Under the pieces are notes generated by a model. That model was given only the letters and a program-made list of their open reading frames with translations, ran no database searches and was not told the DNA's origin. Below, in pieces: positions 7,761 through 17,728 of a DNA stretch of 48,405 nucleotides; the first letter of the stretch is position 1; each line of letters begins with the position of its first letter. The translations under genes and the position numbers were made by a program. Source of the stretch: a virus; the IMG/VR virus record IMGVR_UViG_2932088517_000001, positions 1 through 48,405 of that record, one strand, 5' to 3'.

Positions 7761-9042
7761 TATCATGGACTTGATGAATACCAATTTCTATTCGTTATGG
7801 CTTGCTGAACAATCTCATATCGTCGCAAAAGGCGGACGTTCTTCTATGAAGTCTTCTGTTATTTCTATGAAGCTTATAACAGACTTCTTGGAGGATGAAC
7901 AGGGCAATGTAGTTTGCTTGAGGAAAGTCGGTAAATACCTTTCAACCTCTATATATGAGCAAATCAAATGGGCTATTTATATGCTTGGTGTAGAGAGTGA
8001 GTTTTACTTCGGTAAATCTCCTTTAATTATCAGACATAAGAAAACTAATACTGCTTTTTACTTTTATGGTTGCGACGATCCATTGAAACTTAAGTCTGCC
8101 AAGATAGCTAAGGGATACGTAATGTCTCTATGGTTCGAGGAAGCAGCTGAGTTTGCTGGTGTAGAGGATATCGATATTGTTGAAGATACGTTCATTCGAC
8201 AAGAAATCGAAGGGAAAGAAGTGAAAGTATACTTCTCCTATAATCCACCAAGAAACCCCTACAGTTGGATTAATGAGTGGTTAGATAGCAAAGCTGGTGA
8301 CGATGATTACTTCATTCATCATTCTACTTACATGGATGATAAAAAGGGATTCTTATCTCAACAGATGATTAGGAAGATTGAAAAGTATAAGATACACGAC
8401 TTAGATTATTGGCGATGGATGTACGGCGGAGAAGTCATCGGTTTAGGCGATATGGTCTACAACATGAACAACTTCAAGAAGATAGATCAATTACCTGAAG
8501 ATGATGATTTAATCCTTATTGATATTGCTATAGATACGGGACATCAAGTCTCTGCTACTACTTATCTAGCCTTTGGATTGACGAAGAAAGGTAACGTTAT
8601 CCTGCTTGATACGTATTACTATTCACCTGAAAACAAGGTTGTTAAGCGTGCTCCTAGTGAGTTCTCAACAGACTTGAATAAGTTCGTTACAGGTGTTACA
8701 AAAGAGTTTAATAGATTTATCGATAAGCAGACAATCGATTCTGCTGAAGGCGGATTACGTAACCAATACTTTAAAGATTATGGTATTAGATTGCATCCAG
8801 TAGCAAAAAAGAGAAAAGTTGAAATGATTGAAAACGTCTATGACTTATTGTCGCAAGGACGTTTTTTTATTTTGGATACTGAGAACAACAAGATATTTTA
8901 TGAAGAGCATAAGAAATATCAGTGGGAAGCGAAGACATTAAAGACTCCGAATCCTGAAGTAATTAAAGTAGATGATCACACCTGCGACGCATTTATTTAT
9001 TATGTTAATGATAACTTGCAAAAACTTAATTTAAAGTACTGA
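7744..9042 (+). CDS. terL: terminase large subunit (PBSX/Terminase_3-like, headful type)
   Basis: 432 aa, Walker-A-like AKGGRSSMKSS, acidic WFEEAAEF, C-terminal nuclease-like DDHTCDA. Confidence 0.85.
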   Translation: MTKTVNIMDLMNTNFYSLWLAEQSHIVAKGGRSSMKSSVISMKLITDFLEDEQGNVVCLRKVGKYLSTSIYEQIKWAIYMLGVESEFYFGKSPLIIRHKKTNTAFYFYGCDDPLKLKSAKIAKGYVMSLWFEEAAEFAGVEDIDIVEDTFIRQEIEGKEVKVYFSYNPPRNPYSWINEWLDSKAGDDDYFIHHSTYMDDKKGFLSQQMIRKIEKYKIHDLDYWRWMYGGEVIGLGDMVYNMNNFKKIDQLPEDDDLILIDIAIDTGHQVSATTYLAFGLTKKGNVILLDTYYYSPENKVVKRAPSEFSTDLNKFVTGVTKEFNRFIDKQTIDSAEGGLRNQYFKDYGIRLHPVAKKRKVEMIENVYDLLSQGRFFILDTENNKIFYEEHKKYQWEAKTLKTPNPEVIKVDDHTCDAFIYYVNDNLQKLNLKY

Positions 9043-9101
9043 TTTAAATGACCACAACTGATATAATAAGATATACAACGAAAGTATATGAGGTGGTCAT
9101 A

Positions 9102-9737
9102 ATGGAAATCGTTTATGAAAACGATGTAGCTATTGTTGATGGATATAAGTTTAGAAAAGACAAGAAAAGTGGCTATTATCTTTCATCTAAAAAGATTGGC
9201 GCCAGTAGAATCAGACTTCATAGATATATATGGGAGAAGTACAATAATGCTCTTCCGAAAGGGTATGAGATACATCATATCGATGGGAATAAAGATAATA
9301 ATGAAATTGAAAATTTAGTAGCATTAAGTAAAAAAGAACATCTTTTATATCATGGCGAAAATGCTAGTGAAGAATTAATAAATAAATGGAAGAAAAGTTT
9401 AGAAGTAGCACGCGAAAAAGCGAAAGCATGGCATCAAAGCGAAGAAGGTAAAGCGTGGCATCGTCAACAAGCTAAAATAAGTTACGCTAAAAGAAAGCCT
9501 AAAAAATTAAAATGTAAACATTGCGGGAAAACGTACAAAACAACAAAATACGGCGATGCTAAATTTTGCTCCCCTACATGCCAAACTGCTTTTAGAGTTA
9601 AAAGTGGAGTTGACGATGTGATTAGGGAGTGTGTTGTTTGTAGTACTAGTTTTAGCATTAATAAATACAGGAAAACAAAAACTTGTTCTAAATCATGTGC
9701 AAGTAAATTAATTCATATAAATCGCAAGTCATCTTAA
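9102..9737 (+). mobile_element. Free-standing HNH homing endonuclease with C-terminal zinc-ribbon repeats
   Basis: HHIDGNKDNNEIENLVALSKKEH motif; CKHCGK...CSPTC and CVVCST...CSKSC; inserted between terL and portal; GAGGTGG RBS before ATG 9102. Confidence 0.8.
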
Positions 9738-9751
9738 CAGATGGCTTTTTA
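9728..9751 (+). terminator. Intrinsic terminator
   Basis: gtcatct-taac-agatggc followed by ttttt. Confidence 0.55.
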
Positions 9752-9778
9752 TTATGCCTTCATTAAGGTGGTGAGAAC

Positions 9779-11281
9779 ATGTTTAAGGCTATTGTTGATA
9801 CGGTTAGGAGGTGGATGTACAAGTTGAATCTAATCAAAGGGATTAAGAAGATATCCGATAAAAAAGAGATACCTATTAATGAGGAATCCTACAAGCATAT
9901 CGATATGTGGAAGGCGTTATACAGCGGTCATTATGACGATTGGCATAACGTTAAGTACCATACGATTGAGGGGCAGAAGAGTAGAAAGATGGCATCGCTA
10001 AACATGGCGAAGGTCATATCACAGGAAATGGCTGCTTTAATCTTCAATGAGAAGTGCTCAATCAACATATCAGATAAAACACTCTCAGATGATATTAAGA
10101 ATGTCCTGGATGAAAATAACTTCATTAAGGAGTTTCAAAGGTATCTAGAGTACACATTTGCTTTAGGTGGAATGGTAATTAAGGTTTACTGGGATGAGGG
10201 CATTAAGCTTTCATATGTTACAGCAGACTGCTTCATTCCTATTGCTTGGGACAACAAACATATTACTGAAGGTTTATTCGTTAATGAAATCTCTAAGGGA
10301 GATAAGAAGTACACGTTACTTGAGTGGCATTTAGTTGAAGGAAAAGAGTATGTAATAAAAAATGAACTGTACGAGAGTAAGAACCAAGGTGATTTAGGGG
10401 TGAAAGTATCATTAACCACACTATATCCCGATTTAGAAGAAGAAGTACGCATTGAAAATTTATCTAAACCAATGTTTGTATACTTTAAACCGAATACAGC
10501 AAACAACTTAGATTTAACCTCGCCACTTGGCATTTCACTTTATGCCAATGCACTAAGTACGCTGAAATCGCTTGATATTGCGTTTGATAGCTTCCAAAGG
10601 GAGTTTGTTTTAGGTAAGAAACGCATAATGGTACCTACTTCAGCGATTAGAACTGTTATAGATCCACAAACAGGTATACCGCAAAGATACTTCGATGCTA
10701 CCGATGAAGTGTATGAAGCGATGAACTTCGATGATGGTGCTAAACAGATTCAAGATATATCGGTTGAATTACGTGTGGAAGAACATACCGCTGCTATTAA
10801 TGCATTATTAAATTATATATCTATGCAGGTTGGTTTCTCTGCCGGGGCATTTAGTTTTGATGGGCAAGGAGTTAAAACTGCTACTGAAGTTGTGAGTGAA
10901 AACTCCAAGACATTCAGAACGAAGCAGTCCCATGAAACCGTTATAGAAGATGGTATTCGTGATTTAGTAGATATTATTATCGAAATTGCTGCTCTGTATG
11001 ATGAATTTGAGAGTACAGATAAATACGAAGTTACTGTTACTTTTGATGACTCTATAGCAGAGGACCAAACAGCAGAGATTAATAAGCAAGTTACGCTTGT
11101 TATGAATGGTTTAACTACTAAAAAGTTAGCCATTATGAAGATTCATGGTGTTTCTGAAGAGGAAGCAGAGAGAATCGTAGAAGAAATTCAAAACGAAAAT
11201 AAACTGGTTATGCCTGAAGGTGTGGATTTCTTCGGTATGAACAATAAAAAACAGAATAATAGTCCAGGAGATGAAGGGTAA
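9779..11281 (+). CDS. portal protein (SPP1 gp6-like)
   Basis: 500 aa, position after the terminase, acidic C-terminus. Confidence 0.8.
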   Translation: MFKAIVDTVRRWMYKLNLIKGIKKISDKKEIPINEESYKHIDMWKALYSGHYDDWHNVKYHTIEGQKSRKMASLNMAKVISQEMAALIFNEKCSINISDKTLSDDIKNVLDENNFIKEFQRYLEYTFALGGMVIKVYWDEGIKLSYVTADCFIPIAWDNKHITEGLFVNEISKGDKKYTLLEWHLVEGKEYVIKNELYESKNQGDLGVKVSLTTLYPDLEEEVRIENLSKPMFVYFKPNTANNLDLTSPLGISLYANALSTLKSLDIAFDSFQREFVLGKKRIMVPTSAIRTVIDPQTGIPQRYFDATDEVYEAMNFDDGAKQIQDISVELRVEEHTAAINALLNYISMQVGFSAGAFSFDGQGVKTATEVVSENSKTFRTKQSHETVIEDGIRDLVDIIIEIAALYDEFESTDKYEVTVTFDDSIAEDQTAEINKQVTLVMNGLTTKKLAIMKIHGVSEEEAERIVEEIQNENKLVMPEGVDFFGMNNKKQNNSPGDEG

Positions 11282-12405
11282 TGGCACTCCCTCCTGAGAA
11301 GTTACAACAACTTTCTATGTTTGTAGTAGATATCTACAATGCAATTGAAGAAGAGTTGCTTTTAAACATGGCCAGAATGCTCAAGTATGATAGGGAATTG
11401 CTATTAACTGCCGAGAACTTTGACCAATATCAGCATTGGCGTATAGTACAGCTAAATAAGTTAGGGAAGTTGAATCAACAACAAATGAATACAATCTCCC
11501 GTCATAGCGGTAAAACAGCTGAAGAAGTACGGAAGATGCTAGAAGGCGCTGGGTTTACAGCAGTGGAACAACATGAACTGTTATATCAGGAAGCAGTACT
11601 AGCGGGTAGTTTGGCTTCTGCTCCTGCAATGCATACGAGCGCTGCGCTAATTGGTATCTTAAACACTTACGAGCAACAGGCATTAGATACGCTGAACCTT
11701 GTAAATACAACAATGTTGAAGCAGTCCCAACAGGTTTATCTGGATGTTTTAAACAAGACAGTAGGTAAACTATTGGGTGGTATCATAACGCCACAACAGG
11801 CACTTAGGCAGACCGTTTCTGAGTGGTCGCAACGTGGAATCCCTGCTTTGATTGATAAGGCGGGGAGAAGATGGGGAGTAGAAGGATACGTTAGTATGTG
11901 CGCTCGTTCTACAAGTCAAAACGTAGCTAATGGTATGCAAGACGAAAGAATGCGGGAGTACAAAGTAGATTTATGCGAAGTATCCAGTTACCCAGGAGCA
12001 CGGCCGAAATGTTTCGAAGATCAAGGTAAAATCTACAGTTTGAGTGGAAAACATCCTAAGTACAAGCCCTTAAGTAGTACGAGTTACGGTGAACCTGATG
12101 GGCTATTTGGTATAAATTGCTCGCATATTCGCTATCCGTACATTGAGGGGTTATCTACTCAAAGGTATTTTCCTCATGAGGATATAGAAGAGAATCGCAG
12201 GATTTACAAACAAAGCCAACAGCAAAGAAGCTTAGAACGGCAAATCAGGAAAGCGAAGAAGGAAGTAAAGGTTATGGAAGCGTTAGGCGATACAGAAGGC
12301 GTGAAGGAAGCTAAGAATAAGGTATCGCAATGCCAAGTTAATATGCGTGAATTCATTAATGAGACGAAGCGCAAACGTCAATATAACCGCGAACAAATTG
12401 TATAG
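11281..12405 (+). CDS. minor capsid / head morphogenesis protein (gp7-like)
   Basis: 374 aa, ATGA-coupled to portal; position and size. Confidence 0.7.
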   Translation: MALPPEKLQQLSMFVVDIYNAIEEELLLNMARMLKYDRELLLTAENFDQYQHWRIVQLNKLGKLNQQQMNTISRHSGKTAEEVRKMLEGAGFTAVEQHELLYQEAVLAGSLASAPAMHTSAALIGILNTYEQQALDTLNLVNTTMLKQSQQVYLDVLNKTVGKLLGGIITPQQALRQTVSEWSQRGIPALIDKAGRRWGVEGYVSMCARSTSQNVANGMQDERMREYKVDLCEVSSYPGARPKCFEDQGKIYSLSGKHPKYKPLSSTSYGEPDGLFGINCSHIRYPYIEGLSTQRYFPHEDIEENRRIYKQSQQQRSLERQIRKAKKEVKVMEALGDTEGVKEAKNKVSQCQVNMREFINETKRKRQYNREQIV

Positions 12406-12410
12406 GAGGT

Positions 12411-12752
12411 GTGAAAGTGAATTTTCTTGTACTATTATTTGCTCATTTGTTAGCTGATTACCCATTGCAAGGTGATTTTCTAGCAAATATGAAAGGTAAG
12501 AGCCATATTGTACTAGCTACACATGCAGGGATATGGACAGGAACTGTATTAATAACTGCACACTTCTTAGGGTATAACGTCACTTACTTCGATGTAACCT
12601 GGATGTTTATTGTGCATGCAGTTGCAGATTATATGAAAGCAAAGCCTGTATGGTTCTATAAGAAATTGGATTCATTAAAAGCAGGATTGTTAATTGACCA
12701 GTCAATACACATTGTTCAAATATTAATCTTTTTAACTTATAAAAGTATGTAA
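12411..12752 (+). CDS. DUF3307-like multi-pass membrane protein (moron inside the head module)
   Basis: LLFAHLLADYPLQGDFLA motif, three to four hydrophobic helices. Confidence 0.55.
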   Translation: MKVNFLVLLFAHLLADYPLQGDFLANMKGKSHIVLATHAGIWTGTVLITAHFLGYNVTYFDVTWMFIVHAVADYMKAKPVWFYKKLDSLKAGLLIDQSIHIVQILIFLTYKSM

Positions 12753-12768
12753 TTAAGGAGGAATCATA

Positions 12769-13398
12769 ATGTTAAAACCATTTAGATTACGAGTAAAAGG
12801 AATGCAGTTCTTCTCTGAAGGGGGAGACAATCCGCCAGCCGCACCGGAAGGAGGTGAACCAAATGTAGCGACACCAGAAACTACACCGTCGACAAATCAA
12901 GAACCACCTGCACAACCGCCAGTGTCTTTCACGCAGGAGCAGATGGATGAAGCTAAACAACAACAAGAAGCAGCATTCTTGAAAAAGTTAGGTGTAGAGA
13001 ACTTAGATCAGTTGAAACAATCGTTAAAAGGTTGGAATGAACACCAAGATTCTCTCAAAACAGAGCAAGAAAAGACAAATGAAAAGTTAACAACCTTTGA
13101 GACTCAATTGCAAGAAAAAAACGAGTCTCTTTTTAATTTGCAAGCAGAAAACGCTGCGATTAAGTCAGGTATTACAGAAGAAAAAAACTTAAATGCAGTT
13201 ATTACTCTAGCAAAAACAAAGGTTAGTGATGATGTAGATATCACGAAAGCTATCGAAATGGTAGTTGAAGAGTTCCCACACTTTAAAGGTGTAGTGGAAG
13301 AACCACAAGGAACTCCAAAGCCTACATTTACAACTGGTCAACATCAAAAGAAAACACTTACTGATGCAGAGCAATGGTCATCGGCATTTAAGTTTTAA
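12769..13398 (+). CDS. scaffolding protein
   Basis: Pro/Glu-rich N-terminus, coiled-coil centre, immediately upstream of the capsid gene. Confidence 0.7.
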   Translation: MLKPFRLRVKGMQFFSEGGDNPPAAPEGGEPNVATPETTPSTNQEPPAQPPVSFTQEQMDEAKQQQEAAFLKKLGVENLDQLKQSLKGWNEHQDSLKTEQEKTNEKLTTFETQLQEKNESLFNLQAENAAIKSGITEEKNLNAVITLAKTKVSDDVDITKAIEMVVEEFPHFKGVVEEPQGTPKPTFTTGQHQKKTLTDAEQWSSAFKF

Positions 13399-13425
13399 TC
13401 AATATAAAATAGGAGTGATTTATTA

Positions 13426-14322
13426 ATGGCAAAACCAAATTACGCACAAAATTATCAACAAGCTTTACAACAGAAATTTTCACAAGGTTTATACTTCTTC
13501 GATCTATACAATACGCCGAATAACCAAAATATCAAGTGGGTTAATTCAAAAACAATTCAAATCCCTCGTATCACTGTTGGAGGGTACACAGATGTTGATC
13601 GTGATGTAGTAGGCAATTTCACACGTAGAGCAGATAATGATTGGGAAACAAAAACGCTTGCTCATGACCGTGAGTTTAGAACTTTAGTAGATCCAAAGGA
13701 TATTGATGAAACAAATATGGCTTTATCTATCGCTAACATTACTCGTGTATTTAATGATGAGCAAAAGATTCCTGAAATGGATAAATACATGGCATCAAAA
13801 CTATACTCTGAATTCACTTCAAACGGCAAAACAGCAAACACAACTGCATTAACAGTAGATAATGTGTTAAGTATGTTTGATGATTTCATGATGGAAATGG
13901 ATGACGCTGAGGTTCCACAAGATGGACGTATTCTTTACGTGACTCCTCAAGTGAACAAGTTATTAAAACAAGCAAAAGAAATTCAACGTATGTTAGTTCT
14001 TAACTCTAACAACGGTACGGCTAATCGTAATGTTTATTCTCTTGATGACGTGAAAATTAAACCTGTTCCATCAACACGCATGAAAACTGCTTACAACTTC
14101 ACTAATGGCGCTGTTCCTGATGCTGCTGCAAAACAAGTTAATATGATTCTAGTTCATCCATTAGCTTTAATTACGCCACAACAATATGATTTCGTTAGCT
14201 TAGATTCACCAAGCGCAACTACTGGTGGAAAATTCCTTTATTACGAGCGTAAGTATTGGGATGTATTCGCTTTCCAAAAGAAAGTAGAAGGAATTAAATT
14301 TAATATCACTGCTGGAGCTTAA
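13426..14322 (+). CDS. major capsid protein
   Basis: 298 aa, strong AGGAG RBS, strong terminator after it, position. Confidence 0.8.
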   Translation: MAKPNYAQNYQQALQQKFSQGLYFFDLYNTPNNQNIKWVNSKTIQIPRITVGGYTDVDRDVVGNFTRRADNDWETKTLAHDREFRTLVDPKDIDETNMALSIANITRVFNDEQKIPEMDKYMASKLYSEFTSNGKTANTTALTVDNVLSMFDDFMMEMDDAEVPQDGRILYVTPQVNKLLKQAKEIQRMLVLNSNNGTANRNVYSLDDVKIKPVPSTRMKTAYNFTNGAVPDAAAKQVNMILVHPLALITPQQYDFVSLDSPSATTGGKFLYYERKYWDVFAFQKKVEGIKFNITAGA

Positions 14323-14352
14323 GAGAGGCCTTAATGGTTCTCTCTTTTCTTA
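14321..14352 (+). terminator. Intrinsic terminator
   Basis: aagagag ... ctctctt followed by a T-rich tract. Confidence 0.55.
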
Positions 14353-14371
14353 TTCTGAAAGGAGAATGTAA

Positions 14372-14650
14372 ATGAGTAACGTTGTAAAAGTAAAACGATT
14401 AAATAAAACACTGAATATCGATGAGGGACGTTTAGATAGTTACCTATTAGATGGATATGATCAAATTGACGAAGACGGCACAATTATCACTCGTGCTACA
14501 GGTGGGCGAAATGTTTCGTTAGCTGAATACAATGGCGTCTTAGTTGAAAAAGATGCATTAGTTGCAGAAAATGATAAGTTGAAAGCTGAAAATAGCAAAT
14601 TAAAAGCTGAAAACTCCAAGCTAAAGAAGAGTGAACCAGCAGAGAAGTAG
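14372..14650 (+). CDS. hypothetical head-associated protein with a C-terminal heptad coiled coil
   Basis: AENDKLKAENSKLKAENSKLKK. Confidence 0.6.
   Translation: MSNVVKVKRLNKTLNIDEGRLDSYLLDGYDQIDEDGTIITRATGGRNVSLAEYNGVLVEKDALVAENDKLKAENSKLKAENSKLKKSEPAEK
14564..14626 (+). repeat. Three tandem 21-nt units encoding (A-E-N-D/S-K-L-K)x3
   Basis: gcagaaaatgataagttgaaa / gctgaaaatagcaaattaaaa / gctgaaaactccaagctaaag. Confidence 0.9.
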
Positions 14651-14658
14651 GTGATCAC

Positions 14659-15060
14659 ATGCCATATATAGATACTGATTACTACAATAACGAATACAAA
14701 GGTACTCCTGTATCAGATACGACGTTATTAGATAGGTTAATCACCCGTGCTAGTGACCAAATTGACCACATTATTAACTACAAATTAGAAGGTGTCGACT
14801 TTGATAAGTTAGCACCTTTTATTAAGAAGCAGGTCAAGAAAGCTACTGCTGCTCAAGTTGAGTTTTTAGCAATCAATGGTGAAACTGCTGCAACTGTAAG
14901 TGAAGGCAGTGGCGGTTTTGATGTCGGTTCTTATTCTGAGAACGGAATGAGTGCAGGAGCAGATGATGCGCCTAGTTTCTATGCTCAATATGCAATATCA
15001 GTTCCTAAATTCTTAAGCCCTACCGGATTGTTGTATACGGGGTTGTGTGTGAATGGCTAA
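14659..15060 (+). CDS. head-tail connector (gp6-like) protein
   Basis: YIDTDYYNNEYKG... start typical of the connector family; position. Confidence 0.6.
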   Translation: MPYIDTDYYNNEYKGTPVSDTTLLDRLITRASDQIDHIINYKLEGVDFDKLAPFIKKQVKKATAAQVEFLAINGETAATVSEGSGGFDVGSYSENGMSAGADDAPSFYAQYAISVPKFLSPTGLLYTGLCVNG

Positions 15061-15388
15061 ACCAATCAGACGATCATTATTAATCCATACAATTCAGTAT
15101 TTAGAATACAAAGGCGAAGATGATACTTGGGGCGGTAGTGATAATTACAAACCTGCTGTGATAATTGAAAGGGTTCGAATTGAGCCTAAGAAAACAGTTG
15201 TGTTGAATGGAAATGGTGATAGCACTGTAATGCAAACACTGTTATTTCATGATGCAGTACATTCAACACCAGTAACTTTTAAAGAGAAATCTAAAGTTAT
15301 ATTCAACGGTAAAGAAATGACCGTTAGCAAAGTCAATGACTTTTATGATAGAAGCATCCTTCATCATGTGGAGGTGCTTTTAGTATGA
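15053..15388 (+). CDS. head closure / minor capsid protein
   Basis: Overlapping start, position in the connector cluster. Confidence 0.5.
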   Translation: MAKPIRRSLLIHTIQYLEYKGEDDTWGGSDNYKPAVIIERVRIEPKKTVVLNGNGDSTVMQTLLFHDAVHSTPVTFKEKSKVIFNGKEMTVSKVNDFYDRSILHHVEVLLV

Positions 15389-15735
15389 TTCGAGTAAATA
15401 TTCGAGTGGATGCACCTGCTATTGAAGGGAAGGTAATTGAAGCTACTGAAAAGGCACAGCTAGCACTAGATGAGCAGGTGCTTAAAGATAGTAACTTCTA
15501 CATTCCGAAAGATACAGGTGAGGTAGAGAGATCGGGCATTAGATTCAGCAGACCAGGAGAGGGGCATATTGAATGGAATACTCCTTATGCTCGGAGAATC
15601 TACTATAATCCTCAATATAATTTTTCTACAGATGTCAATCCTAATGCTAGAGGTTTATGGTTCGAGGAAGCGAAGGCTAGGCATGTTATGGATTGGACTA
15701 GAATCGTAGAAAACGAGATAAAACAGAACTTATAG
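15385..15735 (+). CDS. tail completion / minor capsid protein
   Basis: ATGA overlap, position. Confidence 0.5.
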   Translation: MIRVNIRVDAPAIEGKVIEATEKAQLALDEQVLKDSNFYIPKDTGEVERSGIRFSRPGEGHIEWNTPYARRIYYNPQYNFSTDVNPNARGLWFEEAKARHVMDWTRIVENEIKQNL

Positions 15736-15745
15736 GAGGACAAAT

Positions 15746-16165
15746 ATGATATGGCTAATCGAATCGGTTAAGAAGCATTTAATTGCTACTTTGCCACCAG
15801 GTATTCTGTTTGCTCCTATAAAAGCTGATTTATTGGATATAGGTGGAAATGATGCACCACGAAAAAGCATTGCTATCCGTATGATTCCATCAGCACCAGG
15901 AGAGCAATATTTCGAAGGTGAAATCATCAATAAACAAATTCAAATACTCGCAAAAAGCAGTAACCAATTAGAAGTAAACAATACAATGGAATTTATCACA
16001 AGAGAACTAAATAACGTTCATAGGCGTGTTTTCTACGAATTAGATAGCTCCTATACACTAAGACGATTAAATGTGTATGTGGAGCCTAATTTCGTTGAGA
16101 AGACAGCAGCGAACGAGTATTTATATACCGCATTTTTTACTACAGAATTAGAAATAGGAGGTTAA
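15746..16165 (+). CDS. tail terminator-like protein
   Basis: Position immediately upstream of the major tail gene. Confidence 0.5.
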   Translation: MIWLIESVKKHLIATLPPGILFAPIKADLLDIGGNDAPRKSIAIRMIPSAPGEQYFEGEIINKQIQILAKSSNQLEVNNTMEFITRELNNVHRRVFYELDSSYTLRRLNVYVEPNFVEKTAANEYLYTAFFTTELEIGG

Positions 16166-16168
16166 TAT

Positions 16169-16612
16169 ATGTCATTTTTACTGAACTATGGTTATAAATT
16201 CGAAATCGACATAACACCAGGCGGACAAACACCTACAAAAGCTGCCATTGCAAAAGGTATAACGTCTGTTGATCCAGACAATAACGAAGAAACAGAAGAG
16301 ACATATTACTATGATGGTGGCGGTTCTGCGGAACGTGATGTTACGGGTGGTATGCTTGGTTATGGCTTTGAAGGTCATCGTTTCTATGGGGACAAAGCGC
16401 AAGATTACATCTTTAGTTTGCTGAATAAGTTTGGCCCTGATCGTAAGACAACATTTACAGTAACAGAACCGAATGGAGACAAATGGGAAGGTAAGGCAAC
16501 AATTTCTGAAATTAAAGCACCAGGTGGCGATGCGAACAGTAAGGGTGAGATTGAATTCACTATCTCGTTCGATGGGAAACCAACATTCACAGAAACACCT
16601 GTTACACCTTAA
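16169..16612 (+). CDS. major tail protein
   Basis: 147 aa, strong RBS, terminator after it, followed by chaperones and the tape measure. Confidence 0.7.
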   Translation: MSFLLNYGYKFEIDITPGGQTPTKAAIAKGITSVDPDNNEETEETYYYDGGGSAERDVTGGMLGYGFEGHRFYGDKAQDYIFSLLNKFGPDRKTTFTVTEPNGDKWEGKATISEIKAPGGDANSKGEIEFTISFDGKPTFTETPVTP

Positions 16613-16615
16613 TGA

Positions 16616-16640
16616 AGAGTCGTTAATACGGCTCTTTTTC
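16616..16640 (+). terminator. Intrinsic terminator
   Basis: agagtcg-ttaata-cggctct followed by ttttt. Confidence 0.6.
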
Positions 16641-16659
16641 TATTATCTAAAAAGGAGAA

Positions 16660-17067
16660 ATGGATATGACACAATTTAAATTTGAATTTGAAAAGACATA
16701 TAAAGAAATAGATGTAGCTGGTACTGTGTATCAAGTGGAGTTTAACGATGAGGCGTTAACAAAGTATCAAAAAGCATTTAAACGATTTGATAAAGGGATT
16801 AAAGATGTTACTGGAGATGCACTAGATTATGAAACAGCTACAGACGAATCAATCGATGAAGCAGCTCAAAAACAAAAAGAGTTAGTTAAAGATATTGTCG
16901 AAACTTTCTTAGGTGAGGGAACATTTGAAGTATTATATGAAAAAGCGGGTAAAGCCTCTGCAAACTTAATGGGACTTGTTCATTATTTAAATGAGCTTTA
17001 CTTTAATGAAACTCAAAAAAAGGCAGATGAAACACGTAATAAATATCTAAATAACGTGAAGAAATAA
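16660..17067 (+). CDS. tail assembly chaperone
   Basis: Acidic 135-aa protein between the major tail and tape measure genes. Confidence 0.6.
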   Translation: MDMTQFKFEFEKTYKEIDVAGTVYQVEFNDEALTKYQKAFKRFDKGIKDVTGDALDYETATDESIDEAAQKQKELVKDIVETFLGEGTFEVLYEKAGKASANLMGLVHYLNELYFNETQKKADETRNKYLNNVKK

Positions 17068-17723
17068 TGCTGAAATTAACCGAACGTGGATATGACTTCT
17101 ATACATGGAATGGCGTTCGTTTAGAGTTGAACTTATCCTTTGATAATATCCTTTTATTGTTCGAGTTGTTCGATGATGCAAGTATTAATGAATATCTTAA
17201 AACAGACATCGCACTAAATATGTTAGTGGTAGATAAAGTGGCTGTTAATCAGCTAGACATAGAACGCAAATCAACGTTGTTTGTAGATATTTTAAAAGAT
17301 AGGTTAGATATTGATTTGAAATTATTAATGAATAAGAAGATTAAAGAAATAGAAGAGAAAGAAGAGGAAAAAGCGCCGACAATCCCTACTGTAGATTTTG
17401 TAGTGGATGCCGAACGGATTTTTTCCTCTTTTTTGTTTGACTATAATATCGATCTAATTGAACAGCAAGGGAAAATGCAATGGAATAAGTTCATGGCTCT
17501 CTTCCGTAACCTTTCTAGCAAATCCCCAATGGGACAAGCGCTTCATTATCGAACATGTGATATTCCGCCGAAAGATAAGACTAATGCTGACGAGAGGAAA
17601 CGTATTAAGAAAATGAAAGAACTATACGATCTTCCGAAAGCAAAAGCTATTAGAGAACAACAGGAATTCATAGCATTCAAAAAAATAATGGATGCGCAAA
17701 AAGATAAGGCGAAAGGTAGGTGA
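17067..17723 (+). CDS. Gp15-like tail assembly protein
   Basis: TAATG coupling; position just upstream of the tape measure. Confidence 0.5.
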   Translation: MLKLTERGYDFYTWNGVRLELNLSFDNILLLFELFDDASINEYLKTDIALNMLVVDKVAVNQLDIERKSTLFVDILKDRLDIDLKLLMNKKIKEIEEKEEEKAPTIPTVDFVVDAERIFSSFLFDYNIDLIEQQGKMQWNKFMALFRNLSSKSPMGQALHYRTCDIPPKDKTNADERKRIKKMKELYDLPKAKAIREQQEFIAFKKIMDAQKDKAKGR

Positions 17724-17728
17724 GATAA

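Noticed and set aside
9931-11133. Antisense track ORFs nested in portal (9931-10125, 10186-10533, 10813-11133), and similar ones in the TMP, tail, fibre, Rep, ParM and DnaC genes
   Set aside because: They lie opposite long, motif-supported genes, lack an RBS and have biased composition. These are typical shadow ORFs.
16473-16679. +1-frame ORF overlapping the 3' end of the major tail gene (possible programmed frameshift extension as in some Listeria phages)
   Set aside because: It would add only about 20 residues, it runs into the next gene's start, and I saw no slippery or shifty site. I treated it as fortuitous.
16660-17723. Expected -1 frameshift between the two tail-chaperone genes
   Set aside because: The second gene has its own ATG in a TAATG overlap, and no slippery heptamer is evident near the first gene's end. 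I annotated them as two separate genes.
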